From: Octopus bimaculoides | Taxonomy: Eukaryota | Length of the DNA stretch: 43,585 nt | NCBI RefSeq assembly: GCF_001194135.2 | Contig: NC_068983.1 | Span: 31,021,526 to 31,065,110, forward strand | Reading direction: 5' to 3' | Shown here: positions 1 to 12,296 of the stretch, piece by piece | Layout: each line of letters starts with the position of its first letter | Position numbering within the stretch: position 1 is the first letter of the stretch | Made by a program: the position numbers and the translations under genes | The notes under the pieces: generated by a model | Databases searched by the model: none | What the model was told of the DNA's origin: nothing | The model's input: the letters and a program-made list of their open reading frames with translations, nothing else

Positions 1-126
1 CATAGGTCCCGGCCCGAAAGTCGTCCTGAACAGGCGGGTCAGGTATTCCTCGTCGACGCCCAGGTTCGCCCCGAGATCGTCGTCGTACCTGCCCTCCACT
101 AATCCCCTATAGAATGACTTCTGCGC
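1..126 (-). mobile_element. Tx1/L1-type LINE ORF2 fragment, region downstream of the RT, inverted
   Basis: Stop-free minus frame AQKSFYRGLVEGRYDDDLGANLGVDEEYLTRLFRTTFGPGPM. It aligns by eye with the older + strand copy at ~15670-15790. Confidence 0.8.
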
Positions 127-312
127 CGTGCCGGGCAGAAGTATCCATGACAACCTCCACCTCATGCGCTACATCATGGACAGGGTAGTTAAGGATCCTG
201 GCATGGGTGGGGCGCTGATCAATTTAGATCAATCTAAAGCCTTCGATAGGGTCGACCATCGATACCTGGCGGCCGTCCTCAGGGCAGCTGGCTTTGGTCC
301 CGTCTTCCGGGA
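122..312 (+). mobile_element. Tx1/L1-type LINE reverse transcriptase fragment
   Basis: CAVPGRSIHDNLHL...LINLDQSKAFDRVDHRYLAAVLRAAGFGPVF, typical L1/Tx1 RT motifs; GC-rich relative to its flank. Confidence 0.9.
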
Positions 313-1419
313 GTTTAGAGGTTCGTTTATAAATCCAAAAGCTTCACAATGATTACAGAGAATATTCATGTCACCAATGTTGTAACTTTTAACCATATGT
401 TTAGTTTTTTGACGTTCTCTCTCATTTTCCTTTTATATTCTACCTTGAACACGTTCCTTTATCTGTTGTAAATACTCACTCTATACACTTTGATTCATAT
501 TTTCACTTTTACACGCTATGCTCCCGTTCTAGTAGTTCGATCCTCTGCTTCTTTTTACGTTGTCACCTATACCGTCTCGTTTTTTCTTTCTTTCTTGTTA
601 GCTTACATCGTCTGTCATCTATATTTTAGAAACGAATATCAATTTTGAAGCGAGAAGACGATAAATAATTGCACTTATGTGCATGCGTTAAATGGGATGC
701 AACATAAAAAAAAATTTAGTTCAATTAAAAAAAGACTACACTTTTCATGAGTCACTCACCACCACCACCACCTCCACTACCATCTTCATCACCATTATCA
801 TCATTATCACCACCACCACCACCATCATTATAGTTTTCATTAACAAAGCTCAGTCTAAACTGTTTGCCAGCCAAGATTATTTCATTTCATTTCAGTTCAG
901 TTGTTCTACTTTTCTTATTGTCCATACAAAGTTCAAATAACAATTTTTTTTTTTAAATAACATCCATTGCTATTTTTGCTTTCACTGAAAAATCTATCTC
1001 TCCATCTATAAGTTTATCATATCTAATGTAAATCTTCCTTCTTCCGTCCAACCATCGATGTATTTGTCAATGTGGATAGATAGATAGATAAATAGATTGT
1101 AAATAAGATATTAGCAAAATTGAATATCAAAATGTTTTTATCTTGTCAGTCACAATAATATATGATGTTTAAATTTTCCCTCCGCAAGACACTTTATATT
1201 TTTCTGTCTTTTATTCTTTACCACTTACTTCAACAAGCTTCTTAACCCTGGCATTCTCCTCCTCACGTCGTTACCATTTCTCTCTTTCTTTTTCCCTTCA
1301 CCTTTCACTGCCACTAACCACATGACAGCACAATGCATCGACTGGTTATAACCGCAATACTCTCTCTCTCTCCCTCAAGTGTGTGTAAGAGAGTGAGGCA
1401 GACAGAATAACTGTCAGAC

Positions 1420-1447
1420 AGAATAACTGTCAGACAGACAGACAGAC

Positions 1448-1504
<57 letters not shown>
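1420..1504. repeat. (GACA)n/(GATA)n microsatellite
   Basis: Direct reading. Many other (CT)n, (TA)n, (CA)n, (CATA)n and (ATT)n tracts occur, e.g. 3716-3790, 17040-17190, 19266-19342, 38655-38735, usually next to N gaps. Confidence 0.95.
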
Positions 1505-1505
<1 letters not shown>

Positions 1506-2119
1506 GCAACATTTCTTTTTGAAATTTCCATATTTTCAACGGCTTTATCATATATATCGTCCAAAACGAAAAGCTTTCCAGCGTTTTCTCTATGAGAATG
1601 GTTTCATTCTCTATCCACTCCCTTCCTTCACTCTAAATCTCTCTCTTTCTCTTTCTCTCTCTCTCTCTTCCCCCTCCCCTCTCCCTCCTCTGTGTCTCTT
1701 TGTCTCTAACCGTCCTCCTGCGTTTAACGCGTTGTTTCTCTTACCTCTCAACGCCATCAATCTCCCGCTCTCTCTACTCCCTCCTCTTTGCCGTTTTGCC
1801 TCTCACTTCAACTACACTTCTTCTCCCTAACAAGTTTTATTTCTCTCTTTTTACCTCTTTCAACTAGGGTGACACACACCACAGGTACCTTAGCATATTA
1901 TTAATACACCAGCTTGACCCGTGAAAAATTCACAGAAAACAAAAAATTGTGTGCTGGTGCCATGAGAAATGTTTCTATATTGTGACAGTTACAGAATATA
2001 GAAAGGAGTGTAAAACCGATAACTATACAATCCAACTAAAGACCCATAGGGCAACGGGTCCGCAGCTAGCTTTTTTGTTGTTGACATGTATGTAGTTTCA
2101 AAATGCCTTATTTTACATA

Positions 2120-2527
2120 GGTGCAGGAGTGGCTGTGTGGTAAGTAGCTTGCTTACCAACCGCATGGTTCCGGGTTCATTCCCACTGCGTGGCACATTGG
2201 GCAAGTGTCTTCTACTATAGCCTCGGGCCGACCAAAGCCTTGTGAGTGGATTTGGTAGACGGAAACTGAAAGAAGCCCATCGTATATATGTATATGTACG
2301 TATATGTATGTGTGTGTACAAGTTTGTGTGTCTGTGTTTGTTCCCCCAACATCGCTTGACAACCGATGCTGGTGTGTTTATGTCCACATAGCTTAGCGGT
2401 TCGGCAAAAGAAACCTATAGAATAAGTACTAGGCATCCAAAGAATAAGTCCTGGGGTCGATTTGCTCGACTAAAGGCGGTGCTCCAGCATGGCCACAGTC
2501 AAATGACTGAAACAAGTAAAAGAGTAA
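2120..2527 (+). mobile_element. tRNA-derived SINE, family A
   Basis: A box TGGCTGTGTGG, B box GGTTCATTCC, internal TA/TG microsatellite, tail gaaacaagtaaaagag. Near-identical copies at 7821 and 29848. Confidence 0.85.
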
Positions 2528-2810
2528 CTAAGAGATGTATTGTTGTTGTTATGATTTTATTTTACTATAATCAGCAACAAACACATTTTGTCAATATAAA
2601 AGTCTTTATTAGATTAAAAATAACATTATCAAAATATGAAGGTAAAACAAAACAAATATGCTTTGTTTTTTTCCAGGCACCTATGTACTGTAGCCGTAGT
2701 CTTTCACGTTGTTCACCAACCGACCTTTCCTCTGAAAAAATCAGTGGAATCAGTCGATCTCCATACACAAATTATTCTCCTCCTGAAATTTATTAAAAAC
2801 GTACACACAT

Positions 2811-2886
2811 AGGCGCACCTTTCTATAAGCCGCACACCAAATTTTCCAGGTAAAAAATAGTGGCTCATTCACCGGAAAATATGGTA
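2811..2886. mobile_element. Degenerate pogo-like transposon end
   Basis: ggcgcacc..tataagccgcac...ccggaaaatatggta resembles TACCGTATTTTCCGG-type pogo termini (from recall). No partner end found. Confidence 0.4.
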
Positions 2887-3437
2887 ATTGTGGTGGCAGT
2901 GGCAAGTTCGCCCGCTGGTTGGTAGTCGATAGTGTAGAAGTGGCTGTCTGCCAGTGGAGAGGGAAAGAGTAAGGAATGCACGGTGCTGACTAGAAAGGAA
3001 GAAAGGATAACATACGAATAGAACAGAGTGGTGACATTTAGTAAAGGTGACCCGGAAGTTGTTCCTCTTCGATTACTATCGCAAACAGTAGTAGCTTTCT
3101 TCAATTGAATACACGTTGTTGGTTGGTTAAACTTTAAACACGAAATAACTTCTAAAATACGAAATTTTGTCAAAAATGTTCAAAGTAAACCGTGTTCTGC
3201 GTGAGAAATTACAACAGTATACGAAGTTTCAAACTGTTTAGTTAAAAAAATTAATAAAAAAATCTGAGCTGGACTGAACAGATCGCCTCCAGAGTGTCAG
3301 ACCCACAAATGCCACTGCTAGGACCGGATTAACACCCATAGTGACCCTAACGACTAAAAAGATTTTCTTGTCCCTATACAGGATCTTTTTTTTCGTTTTC
3401 TTCCAACCATTTGAAGGTTTATCTTGCTCCAGTCCAC

Positions 3438-3545
3438 TCAGCCTTGTCATATTCTGTGTGAGGCTGAATCTCCCTGGGAACTACGTTAATGATATGCATA
3501 TCTGTGGAGTACTCAGCCACTTGCGAGTTAATTTTATGCTCGTGT
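3438..3545 (+). mobile_element. Fragment of SINE family D body
   Basis: gccttgtca...gaactacgttaa...ctcagccacttgc..gttaattt matches 18445-18530. Confidence 0.7.
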
Positions 3546-3712
3546 AGAAATGAAAGGTAAAAGTGATGCCCAATACTTGCTGTTTATGTATCTATAACTT
3601 TTCTTGGGATCTACTGTCTCTATCACTTCCTTTCTCTTTCACTTCCTCTGTCTCCCTCCTTTCTCCTGCTTTTCCTCTCTGAAACATTTAAAACACAAAA
3701 CGAACGCTGTCA

Positions 3713-3760
<48 letters not shown>

Positions 3761-4006
3761 ACTCCCTCTCTCATTCTTTCTCTATCTATCTCTCTCTCTC
3801 TCTCTTTTTCCTCTGTCCTCCTCTCTCGCTTTGTCACTCACTTCTTTGAAGTAAGTGTGACACACACCACGCGTATGTACGTACAAAAAGAAACAAAAGT
3901 AAGCTTGTTAATATTATTTGATTAATATTATTGATAGATTATCACTTCTCTCTTTCTCTTTTCGTTCATCTCTCATGATAGTTTAATGCATCAACCGGTA
4001 ACAACA

Positions 4007-4042
<36 letters not shown>

Positions 4043-4052
4043 NNNNNNNNNN

Positions 4053-4093
<41 letters not shown>

Positions 4094-4529
4094 CTCTCTC
4101 TCTCTCTCTTTCTTTAACCTCACCACCAGAACATTACCCATCTTTTAAACATTGTATTTCTAACTCTCTTCTTCTATATCATTCCCTTCAACTAAATGTT
4201 TAACCGCGTAATAACTATTACGTTCCCCCTACCTCACATCGTTGGCACTTCTCTCTCTCCCTCTTTTTCTCTCTCCTTTTTCGGATTTCATTCAACTAAT
4301 CACGTTACTGCGTGACGCTTTTCTGCCTTAACATATTAATATATACACTAGCATAACCGTGTCCTCAAAAATGCCGACAATTTTATTCATGACAGACAAG
4401 AGCACATCAACACAATGGGGGAAATCATTAATAAATGTCAGCATCTAGTAAATGTGTGTACATACAGAGAATTGAAGCACTTGAAGAATCAGATATGATT
4501 GTAACGTCTCGGTTGATAATATCACCCAC

Positions 4530-4680
4530 ATGGTATATGTTTATGTATACATACACACACATACATATATATATATATAAGCATGCACATAAGCATATAT
4601 ATGAAGGTCTTCTTTCAGTTTCTATCTACCAGATCTATACACAAGGCTTTGGCCGGCCTTACGATATGGTAGAAGGCTAT
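4530..4680 (-). mobile_element. SINE family A internal fragment
   Basis: ttctttcagtttctatctaccagat..acaaggctttggccggcc is the reverse complement of the family A body; truncated at the mariner TIR. Confidence 0.7.
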
Positions 4681-4683
4681 ATA

Positions 4684-4900
4684 TCAGGTCATCCCATGAG
4701 TAACGTCCGGATTTTAAATAAGGTAAACAAGTGATCAAATCTTACATTTTAATGAAACTTAATCGTCAATATAATTTCTATGACATCTTTCCGTCTACTA
4801 TGCTTTGTAATCCTGTAATCTCGTTAGGGAAATATTCTTTCAGATTCGAAGAGAAGAACGTTCTGTTCGGACCTGATCTTCAAGGCTGAAATCTCCACTT
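4684..4900 (-). mobile_element. Mariner 3' end remnant with TIR
   Basis: TA followed by TCAGGTCATCCCATGAGT (TIR); minus frame ends ...NYIDD* at 4759-4776, like mariner transposase C-termini. Confidence 0.65.
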
Positions 4901-4989
4901 TAAAATTTTACAAAGCATCTTCTGCAAGTTCTTTCATTCAGCCACTCTTCTCCTTGAGCTGAGTGAATATTTCGAGTCATTTCAGCTAA

Positions 4990-5478
4990 CAGAGTTCCCT
5001 TTTTGAAACTCATAAAGCATTATGTGTTTCAAATACGCCTTGGACACTTCTATGTTTGAACAAACTGAAAAATCCAGCAGAAGAAGATTTGATTTGGTTT
5101 TTCTCAAGCGAGAAAAATTTCGACCAAGATCAAAAAGTTAACAGAAGTGACAGATGGTTATGTGCAGACCCTTCTGAAGTTCCAAGTGTTGTGCATACAA
5201 AATGAACACGCCCATAACATCAAAGATTCTTTGAAAGCTACCATAGTCAGAGTAATGTCCAAAATGAACCAGGACCACTTGAGTTTGTAGGTGATTTAGA
5301 TCTCATATAGAAGTAGCTGCTGAAACTGAAGGTGGATTTATTAAATAACATTATAGAAAAGAAGTTTTATTTTTATCCTCATAGCATTTTTTGATAAATA
5401 AAGTTATTATCTGTTATTATATATCTGGGTTTTTTTTTTTTATAAACATCTGTCCTCAAATATCTTACGCACCCTGTA
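4990..5478 (+). mobile_element. Tc1/mariner (maT/DD37D-like) transposase remnant
   Basis: LNKLKNPAEEDLIWFFSSEKNFDQDQKVNRSDRWLCADPSEVPSVVHTK (degenerate FSDEK motif). Ends in gcaccCTG plus TA. Confidence 0.7.
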
Positions 5479-6677
5479 TGTATACATACATATATACATA
5501 CATATAGCTGATAGTGATTACATTAACAAACTCCAAATTCCAAATACCACTCCAAGTCGATTGATATTCTGCATCCAATCAATGCGGGTTTGTTTCATAT
5601 ATACTTATAAGGGATATGCTGTGTAAGGCAGGAACAATGCGAGAAAGTACAAAGTAAACTACAAAAGGAAAAGAAAACAACTCAAAACTAAACGAATTTG
5701 CAGTTTTACCTCGTATTTCTATATTCCGGGGCTATAACCACTTCTTCAGGACATATGGAAAAATGGTGGGGTTTTAGTCTCGAAATATTGAAATACAAAG
5801 TAAAACTGCCACTTTGTTTTGTTTTGTTTTCCTTTTGTAGTTTACTTTTGTACCGCCTTGCATTGTTTCGGCCTTACACAACAAATCTCTTTAAATACCA
5901 CACAATGCTTTACCAAAAATATTCCATTTTAATATCATATATCCTTATATTTACTTCTACATTATGTTAAAATTGCTTTGAACAATCATTAATATTTGTC
6001 CAAAGCAATACCATAATAATGCAAGAGTAGATAAAACCACGAAAAATAGCAATACAGTGTTGAGTATAACAATATAGTATGTTTTACTTCCTAGCTGATA
6101 ACTCTTTATTATCTTTTCCATATCTTGAAGATGAAACCCTTCTGCTAAGCCGACTATACAAAGAACTATAGAATCGTTATTCACCTTCTACTAAATTTCA
6201 TACTATAGCGTGGTTTTAATATAACTTGATCTACCTTTAAAATTACATATCTGATAGAAATGTACTCCTTTACCTAGTGGTTTGAATTTAGTACATTTCA
6301 TTCATGTCAGGTCGAGCATAATTATGTTTTGCTTATCAACAGAGTGAAATGATCAATTATTTATCAATCAGTCAATCAACCAAAATCTATAACATAGGGA
6401 AACTATAGGTACTCAGTAAGAGACACAACCCCATCTTTTTATCTCTCCAAGTCATCAGCCAACCTTTAACATTCCTACCATTTTCCTTTCTGTTCTTTAT
6501 TTGTTGATGTTCAAACACCCCTTCGTGCTATTCTATACCGTTCAAATCCAGGGTAAAAAGAGGCCAAGGAAATTATTTACCGATGCGTGACTAAGCACTA
6601 ATAATTTTAAGCTCCTTTTTGGGTTTTTTTATTTCTAATCACCCTCTCGTTAGAGTATGTAATACTATATATCAAAA

Positions 6678-6889
6678 GGGCGGCGAGCTGGCAGAATCGT
6701 TTGCACGCCAGGGGAAATGCTTAGCGGTATTTCGTCTGCCGCTATTTCGTTCTGAGTTCAAATTCCGCCGAGGTTGACTTTGCCTTTCATCCTTTCGATT
6801 TCGATTAAATAAGTACCAATTACGCACTCCCTTTGTCTGTCCTTGTTTATCTCCTAAATGTTTAGCCTCCTGTGGGCAATAAAGAAATA
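6678..6889 (+). mobile_element. tRNA-derived SINE, family B, with TSD
   Basis: A box TGGCAGAATCG, B box GAGTTCAAATTCC. Flanks aatactatatatcaaaa (6661-6677) and aatactatatattaaaa (6890-6906), one mismatch. Confidence 0.85.
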
Positions 6890-7641
6890 AATACTATATA
6901 TTAAAATGTATACTCCCTTGGCATTTATTATGTCAGACCGTCATACCCTCTAACTAAAGAGAGAAACCAACAACTAAGTAACAAGTGTTGTTTGTTTCTT
7001 TATTCTTTAAGTTTCAATGAAGGACTGATCGTGTCTATTATCTTCATATGGTGGTGTTCGAAGCATTCAGGTTTTAATGAGTGTGAGTGCAAACACACAC
7101 GCACATACAAACGTTGGATTTTGTTGGAGCTCAATACATATTGTATGGTATATGCATTCTAAAAACTTGATTATATTCTAGTTCGAATATCACACTGGCA
7201 TTCTATCAACTACGTCACTTGAGATTAAAGGACGGTTATCATGGCGAGCCCTCGGAGAAAACTATAGAACTGAACATTCCGGTAAAAGAAAAGCAGCACG
7301 CGTACCCACCAGACACTCCTTTAAAAGAATGCCTTTCATTACACACACACGCTCACACACGCACACACGTCGCGCTCACACACGCACACACACGTACGCA
7401 AATGCGCGCTCGCGCACACACACACACACACGCACACACACACACACACCACCGTATCTTACATTATCAAGCGCGACAATACGATCCTATTCATCCATGC
7501 ATAGAGTTCTGATGTAACTACTTGGCTAAGCAAAAGTATTAATAGTAACATAAAATTAGGAACTTCATCTCAGTATAAATTCTTATTGGTTGATATTATA
7601 GGTACACTTAAACAAACGTTATTCATCTCTTCGTCTTCAGT

Positions 7642-7650
7642 CAGGTAAGT
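7642..7650 (+). promoter_or_regulatory. Candidate splice donor of a TGDS non-coding 5' exon
   Basis: Perfect CAG|GTAAGT in non-repeat sequence downstream of a CpG-containing stretch at ~7200-7500; TGDS exon 1 has an upstream acceptor. Confidence 0.3.
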
Positions 7651-7820
7651 TATAAATTGTTTTGTCTTGCTATCATTTCATCAACAATTTATAAGTTTTG
7701 CAGTTTCGAAACTAAGTCATCGATTCTGATAGATTAACATTTTGTTTCCTAACATTGACAACAGTAGCAATTTTAACATTCACTACAGTTGTCTTAATTC
7801 AAAATTATATATATATATAT

Positions 7821-8529
7821 CTTTTACCATTTATCTTTTACTTGTTTCAGTCATTAGACTGCAGCCATGGTGAAGCACCGCCTTGAACAATTTTTAGCCT
7901 GATGAATCGACCCCAGTATTTATTTTTGTTAAGTTCGGTACTTATTCTATCGGTCTTTTTTTTTTTGCTGAACCGCTAAGTTACGGGGATGTAAACACAC
8001 CAACACCAGTTGTCAGGCGGTGGTGGGGGATAAACACAGACACAAAGAGCATATATACATACATATATACATACATACCACTTTTCTCAAGTTCAAATGT
8101 GAATTTGTGTTAACTACATCCCAAAGATGGAGCCTTGTATCTTTGTTGGAAACCGGCTCCCTCCTCAGTGGAAGATTTATTATAATTAAAAAATAGAAGA
8201 GACATACATACACATACATACATACATACATACATACACATACATACATACATACATACANNNNNNNNNNACATACACATACATACATACATACATACAT
8301 ACACATACATACATACATACATACATACATACATACATACATACATACATGCATGCATAGACATACGACAGGCTTCTTTCAGTTTTCGTCTACTTAATCC
8401 ACTCACAAGCCTTTGGTCGGCCCGAAGCTTTAGTAGAAGACACTTGCCCAAGGTGCCATAAAGTGGGACCGAACCAAGAACCATGTGGTTGGGAAGCAAG
8501 TTTTTTACCATACAGTTACGCCTGCGCCT
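7821..8529 (-). mobile_element. SINE family A with expanded (CATA)n and an internal insert
   Basis: Reverse complement of the 2120 and 29848 copies from head to tail. Confidence 0.85.
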
Positions 8530-8929
8530 ATGCTTATATATATATATNNNNNNNNNNNNNNNNNNNNNNNNNNNNNNNNNNNNNNNNNNNNNNNNNNNNN
8601 NNNNNNNNNNNNNNNNNNNNNNNNNNNNNNNNNNNNNNNNNNNNNNNTATATATATATATAAAACAGTGTTTCCTATATACGAACATAATTCGTTCCGGC
8701 GCCCTGTTCGTTAATCAAATCGTTTGTTACATGAATTCACGCGCATTTTCCCCCTTCTGTCAATCCATGGATATGTTTTTAGCAAAATATATCAGAAAAT
8801 TTTATCTTTTATATAAAATTTGCAAGTTACTTAAATTGCATACATAGACGGCGGTGGAGCAGCATGACCGCAGCTCTGAGCTGAAACTATAAAAAAAAAA
8901 AGACATTAACGAACCGTTTATACATGCTC

Positions 8930-9470
8930 TCCAAGCGACTTATATGCGTGCGTAGTCTGCTCATGGTTTATGATGGCTACCATATAAGCAATATCATGCT
9001 TGATGTTCACAAAGAACAGAATTAAGGTCTAGCAAGAATTCAACAAATATTTTAAAAAGAGAATAGAAACTTCCAAGCATTTTTCCTTTGACAGCCATCG
9101 TACTTTTGTGTCTAAGAACAACCGTTCAAATTCTTCATCATTCTCAGCGCAGAGTTGTTGAAACAATGGTAAATTGAGAGCACGTGCCTTGGTTTTATTT
9201 ACTATTGTAATATCAGTGTTTAACGATTTGTTAAGTCTACCAGTTAGGTTATTAGCAACCAGATGTTGCCTGTGGATTATACAGTGCGCTACAAACACAC
9301 CACATATAACTTTAATAAAATGATGAAGAGTCCCATCTATTGCTCAAAATGAAATATTGACCCTTCTTTTGTATTTGTTTCTTGTTGTCTTATAAATAGC
9401 TCCTGAACCAAACGTTCATCTTTGACGAAGCAAACTTTTATTTTATAAACAAGAACGTTTATTTTGTGAA
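8930..9470 (-). mobile_element. hAT (Charlie/Buster-like) transposase remnant
   Basis: HCIIHRQHL and KVRWLSKEKCL motifs; upstream FVKDERLVQELF; internally deleted. Confidence 0.85.
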
Positions 9471-9985
9471 AAGGAAACAAGCTTTTATTGCTTAACACGG
9501 GGGACTCGTCTGTGAGCTAAATTCAGTTATTCTAAGTATGCTGTACAATATATCTTCAGTGTTATACTGCATAATATATCTTCAGTGCTATAGTATTCCG
9601 CATTTTGAAGCATCTCTAAAATACATTTTTAGAGAAAAAGAAAAAGTTTCGTACTTTCACATTTTCATTTTAATTTTCACGGTTAAAATTTCTCTTCCCC
9701 TTCCCATTAGCTGCTCCAAAGAAAAAAACACGGAAAAATTCTGATTTATGTATGATGGCTATTCCAGATTTTTTGTATAAAGATACAGATTACAAGGATT
9801 TTAAAATGTGGAACATTAACAAACATGACGAAAAACAGCAAAAGAGAAAAATAGTAGTGGCTTATTTTCCAAGGTACGATAAGGGGGACAGGTGGACATT
9901 TCAAAAAAACGTGGATTAAAAGGAAAAGTTGTCGAAACCAAAAAGAAATAAAATCGAGCTAGTTAAATGGTGAGCTCTAATTAGA

Positions 9986-10005
9986 ACTTATGGGATGACC
10001 TGATA
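9986..10005. mobile_element. Mariner-type TIR plus TA
   Basis: acttatgggatgacctga+TA; its reverse complement matches 4684-4701 at 17 of 18 positions. Confidence 0.6.
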
Positions 10006-10009
10006 TATA

Positions 10010-11852
10010 TACATAACGAACATTTGTAGGTCGTTTCATTAGAAACATATCAAGAGAAATCTCCTGCCTTTCAAAATGTTACAAAAATGCGCCAGGGCAG
10101 TGTCATTAAATAAAGTACTTGCACCACCATTAGATACTTTTTCAGGATGATTTTTTGTCTACAAATTCAGAAACATATTGCCACTTTGCCCACACTGTCT
10201 TTATGTCACGCGTAGAGATAGCCTTCTCCGCTACACTATCCTCCTCCGGGGAACCAACCTCTTCCACTGCATCCGCATGCTGCTGCTCCTCAAGCTGCAA
10301 GAGTTCATCTGTCGTCAGCTCCTCTGAGTGCCAGGTCATGTTGATGATTTTCAGGCAGTTAAAAATGTTGTAGTGCTCCTTCCAAAACTCACGAAGGGTT
10401 AGATTTGTATTTTCGGAAACTTCAAAGTACCGAAGAAACAGGTGTTTGGTGTACAATTTCTTAAAATTTGAAATCACCTGCTGGTCCATGGACTGCAAGA
10501 TAGGGATGGTGTTGCGTGAAAGGTATAGAACTTTTATGAATCTAAATTCGTTCAGGATATCATTTTCGAAGTTAGAAGGGTGAGCAGGAGCATTGTCGAA
10601 GATGATGGNNNNNNNNNNNNNNNNNNNNNNNNNNNNNNNNNNNNNNNNNNNNNNNNNNNNNNNNNNNNNNNNNNNNNNNNNNNNNNNNNNNNNNNNNNNN
10701 NNNNNNNNNNNNNNNNNNNNNNNNNNNNNNNNNNNNNNNNNNNNNNNNNNNNNNNNNNNNNNNNNNNNNNNNNNNNNNNNNNNNNNNNNNNNNNNNNNNN
10801 NNNNNNNNNNNNNNNNNNNNNNNNNNNNNNNNNNNNNNNNNNNNNNNNNNNNNNNNNNNAATCTTCAAGCTTCCACTTATATTGGCACAAAGGGCAAGAG
10901 TTAGCCTATCTTTCATTGGCTTGTGGCTTGGCATTTTCTTCTCCACAACTATGTAGGTTCTTCGGGGCATTTTTTTTTTCCAAAAAAAGTTCAGTTTCAT
11001 CATAGTTGAATACCAGTTGTGCGATGTATCCCTCGGCTGCAATGAGCTGACGGAATTCACGCACGAAATCCTCAGCTGCCTTCGTGTCGGAACTTGCTAC
11101 TTCTCCATACCCGACGACGGTATGAACACCAGTCCTCTTCTTGAAATTATCGAACCAGCCGCGATTGGCCTTAAATGTGTCTTCTGATGTCTCCTCCGTC
11201 GATGTTCCAGGCTTCTGCTTCAGGAGATCCCCATACAGCTCTCGTGCCTTCTCACAGATGATGGTCTCCGTAATTGTTTCCCCTGAGAGTTGCTTCTCGT
11301 TGATCCACAGGAGAATCAATTCTTCCATCTCTTTTCGTGGACAGATGTGCGTTGCTTGGAAAGCCTGGAAACACCGTTTGCTGTTGTAAAGGCCTTGATC
11401 TCGTTCTTTTCCTTCAAGACGGTGCAGATCGTTGACGTGCTATATCCACTACACGCACTTTTCTCTCGTGTTTGTCAATGATTTCTTTCTTCCATTCTAT
11501 CATAATCATTTTTTCCTTCTTCCTAGCATTGTCCTTTGCATTATCCTTCTTAAGACCCATGACCAACACAACTAATTATAATAAAATAATAGCAAACAAC
11601 GCACAAAACTAAAAAACAAAAAACGCAGTAGGGATGCTGCCACAACGAGATAAACATGTAAACTGAGCGAGCGGAGGCTGCGCTAGTTGGGAGAGCGTGT
11701 ACGAGCTTAGCGCCGACTAGTGGTCGTTTGTATGAAACTCGCTCGTACTGCAGATATCCACTCGTAATTCAAGACAAAAATTTGCACGAACCTTGGCTCG
11801 TACAGCAAACCTCTCCTACAATGGTGCACTCGTACTGCGAGGTTCTACTGTA
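10010..11852 (-). mobile_element. Tigger/pogo DNA transposon, decayed, 5' TIR present
   Basis: ATG at 11560; CENP-B/Tc5 HTH (LILLWINEKQ...ICEKAR...FKANRGWFDNFKKR); DDE_1 pieces (FNYDETELF, KDRLTLALCAN, DNAPAHP, LQSMDQQVISNFK). Frameshifts, deletions and an N gap. TIR CAGTAGAACCTCG ends at 11850 with TA. Confidence 0.92.
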
Positions 11853-12296
11853 TTACGGGTTAAAATAAAATAAAATAAATATATTGATGTAATTCAACTA
11901 GCATTAAATTTAAGGGCGTATTAAAATGTGTAAATTGTAAGTTACGTGAAAAATGAAAATATATTAAGTAGTCGCTATAGGAATTAAGCGGTGTATGACT
12001 TAATACAAATAAAATAAAATAAAGTAAATTTATTAATTTAATTAAATAAGCTTATGCAGTATCTCTACCATGTGTAATTGAAAGAAATAAGTAAATTATA
12101 CAGAGGGATTCATCTTACAACATTTAGATTTGTGATAAAATCGAAAGATCCTAATGAATCTATGAACACGAGAGCGCGTTTTGTGTTGTTTGTTTGGTTT
12201 ACGTGATAGTGTTTGTATAGATTCTTTTAAGCATAACCAACACGGAGCATTTTTTACCCTCGTATGGAGGGCCATGTCAATGACAAACTAAGTTTA

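Noticed and set aside
2479-2796. Terminal exon of an upstream gene (ttttccAG at ~2677)
   Set aside because: Peptides on both strands are unrecognisable and the ORF begins in a SINE tail. Not excluded without RNA data.
5957-6184. Minus-strand membrane protein ORF or exon
   Set aside because: Hydrophobicity is expected from AT-rich DNA; candidate splice phases with the open frame near 5710-5780 produced stops; no recognisable family.
500-7200. Divergent GPR180-like neighbour as in the human TGDS locus
   Set aside because: No matching peptide seen in any frame.
7219-8511. His/Thr- and MYVC-repeat ORFs
   Set aside because: Translations of (CA)n and (CATA)n microsatellites.
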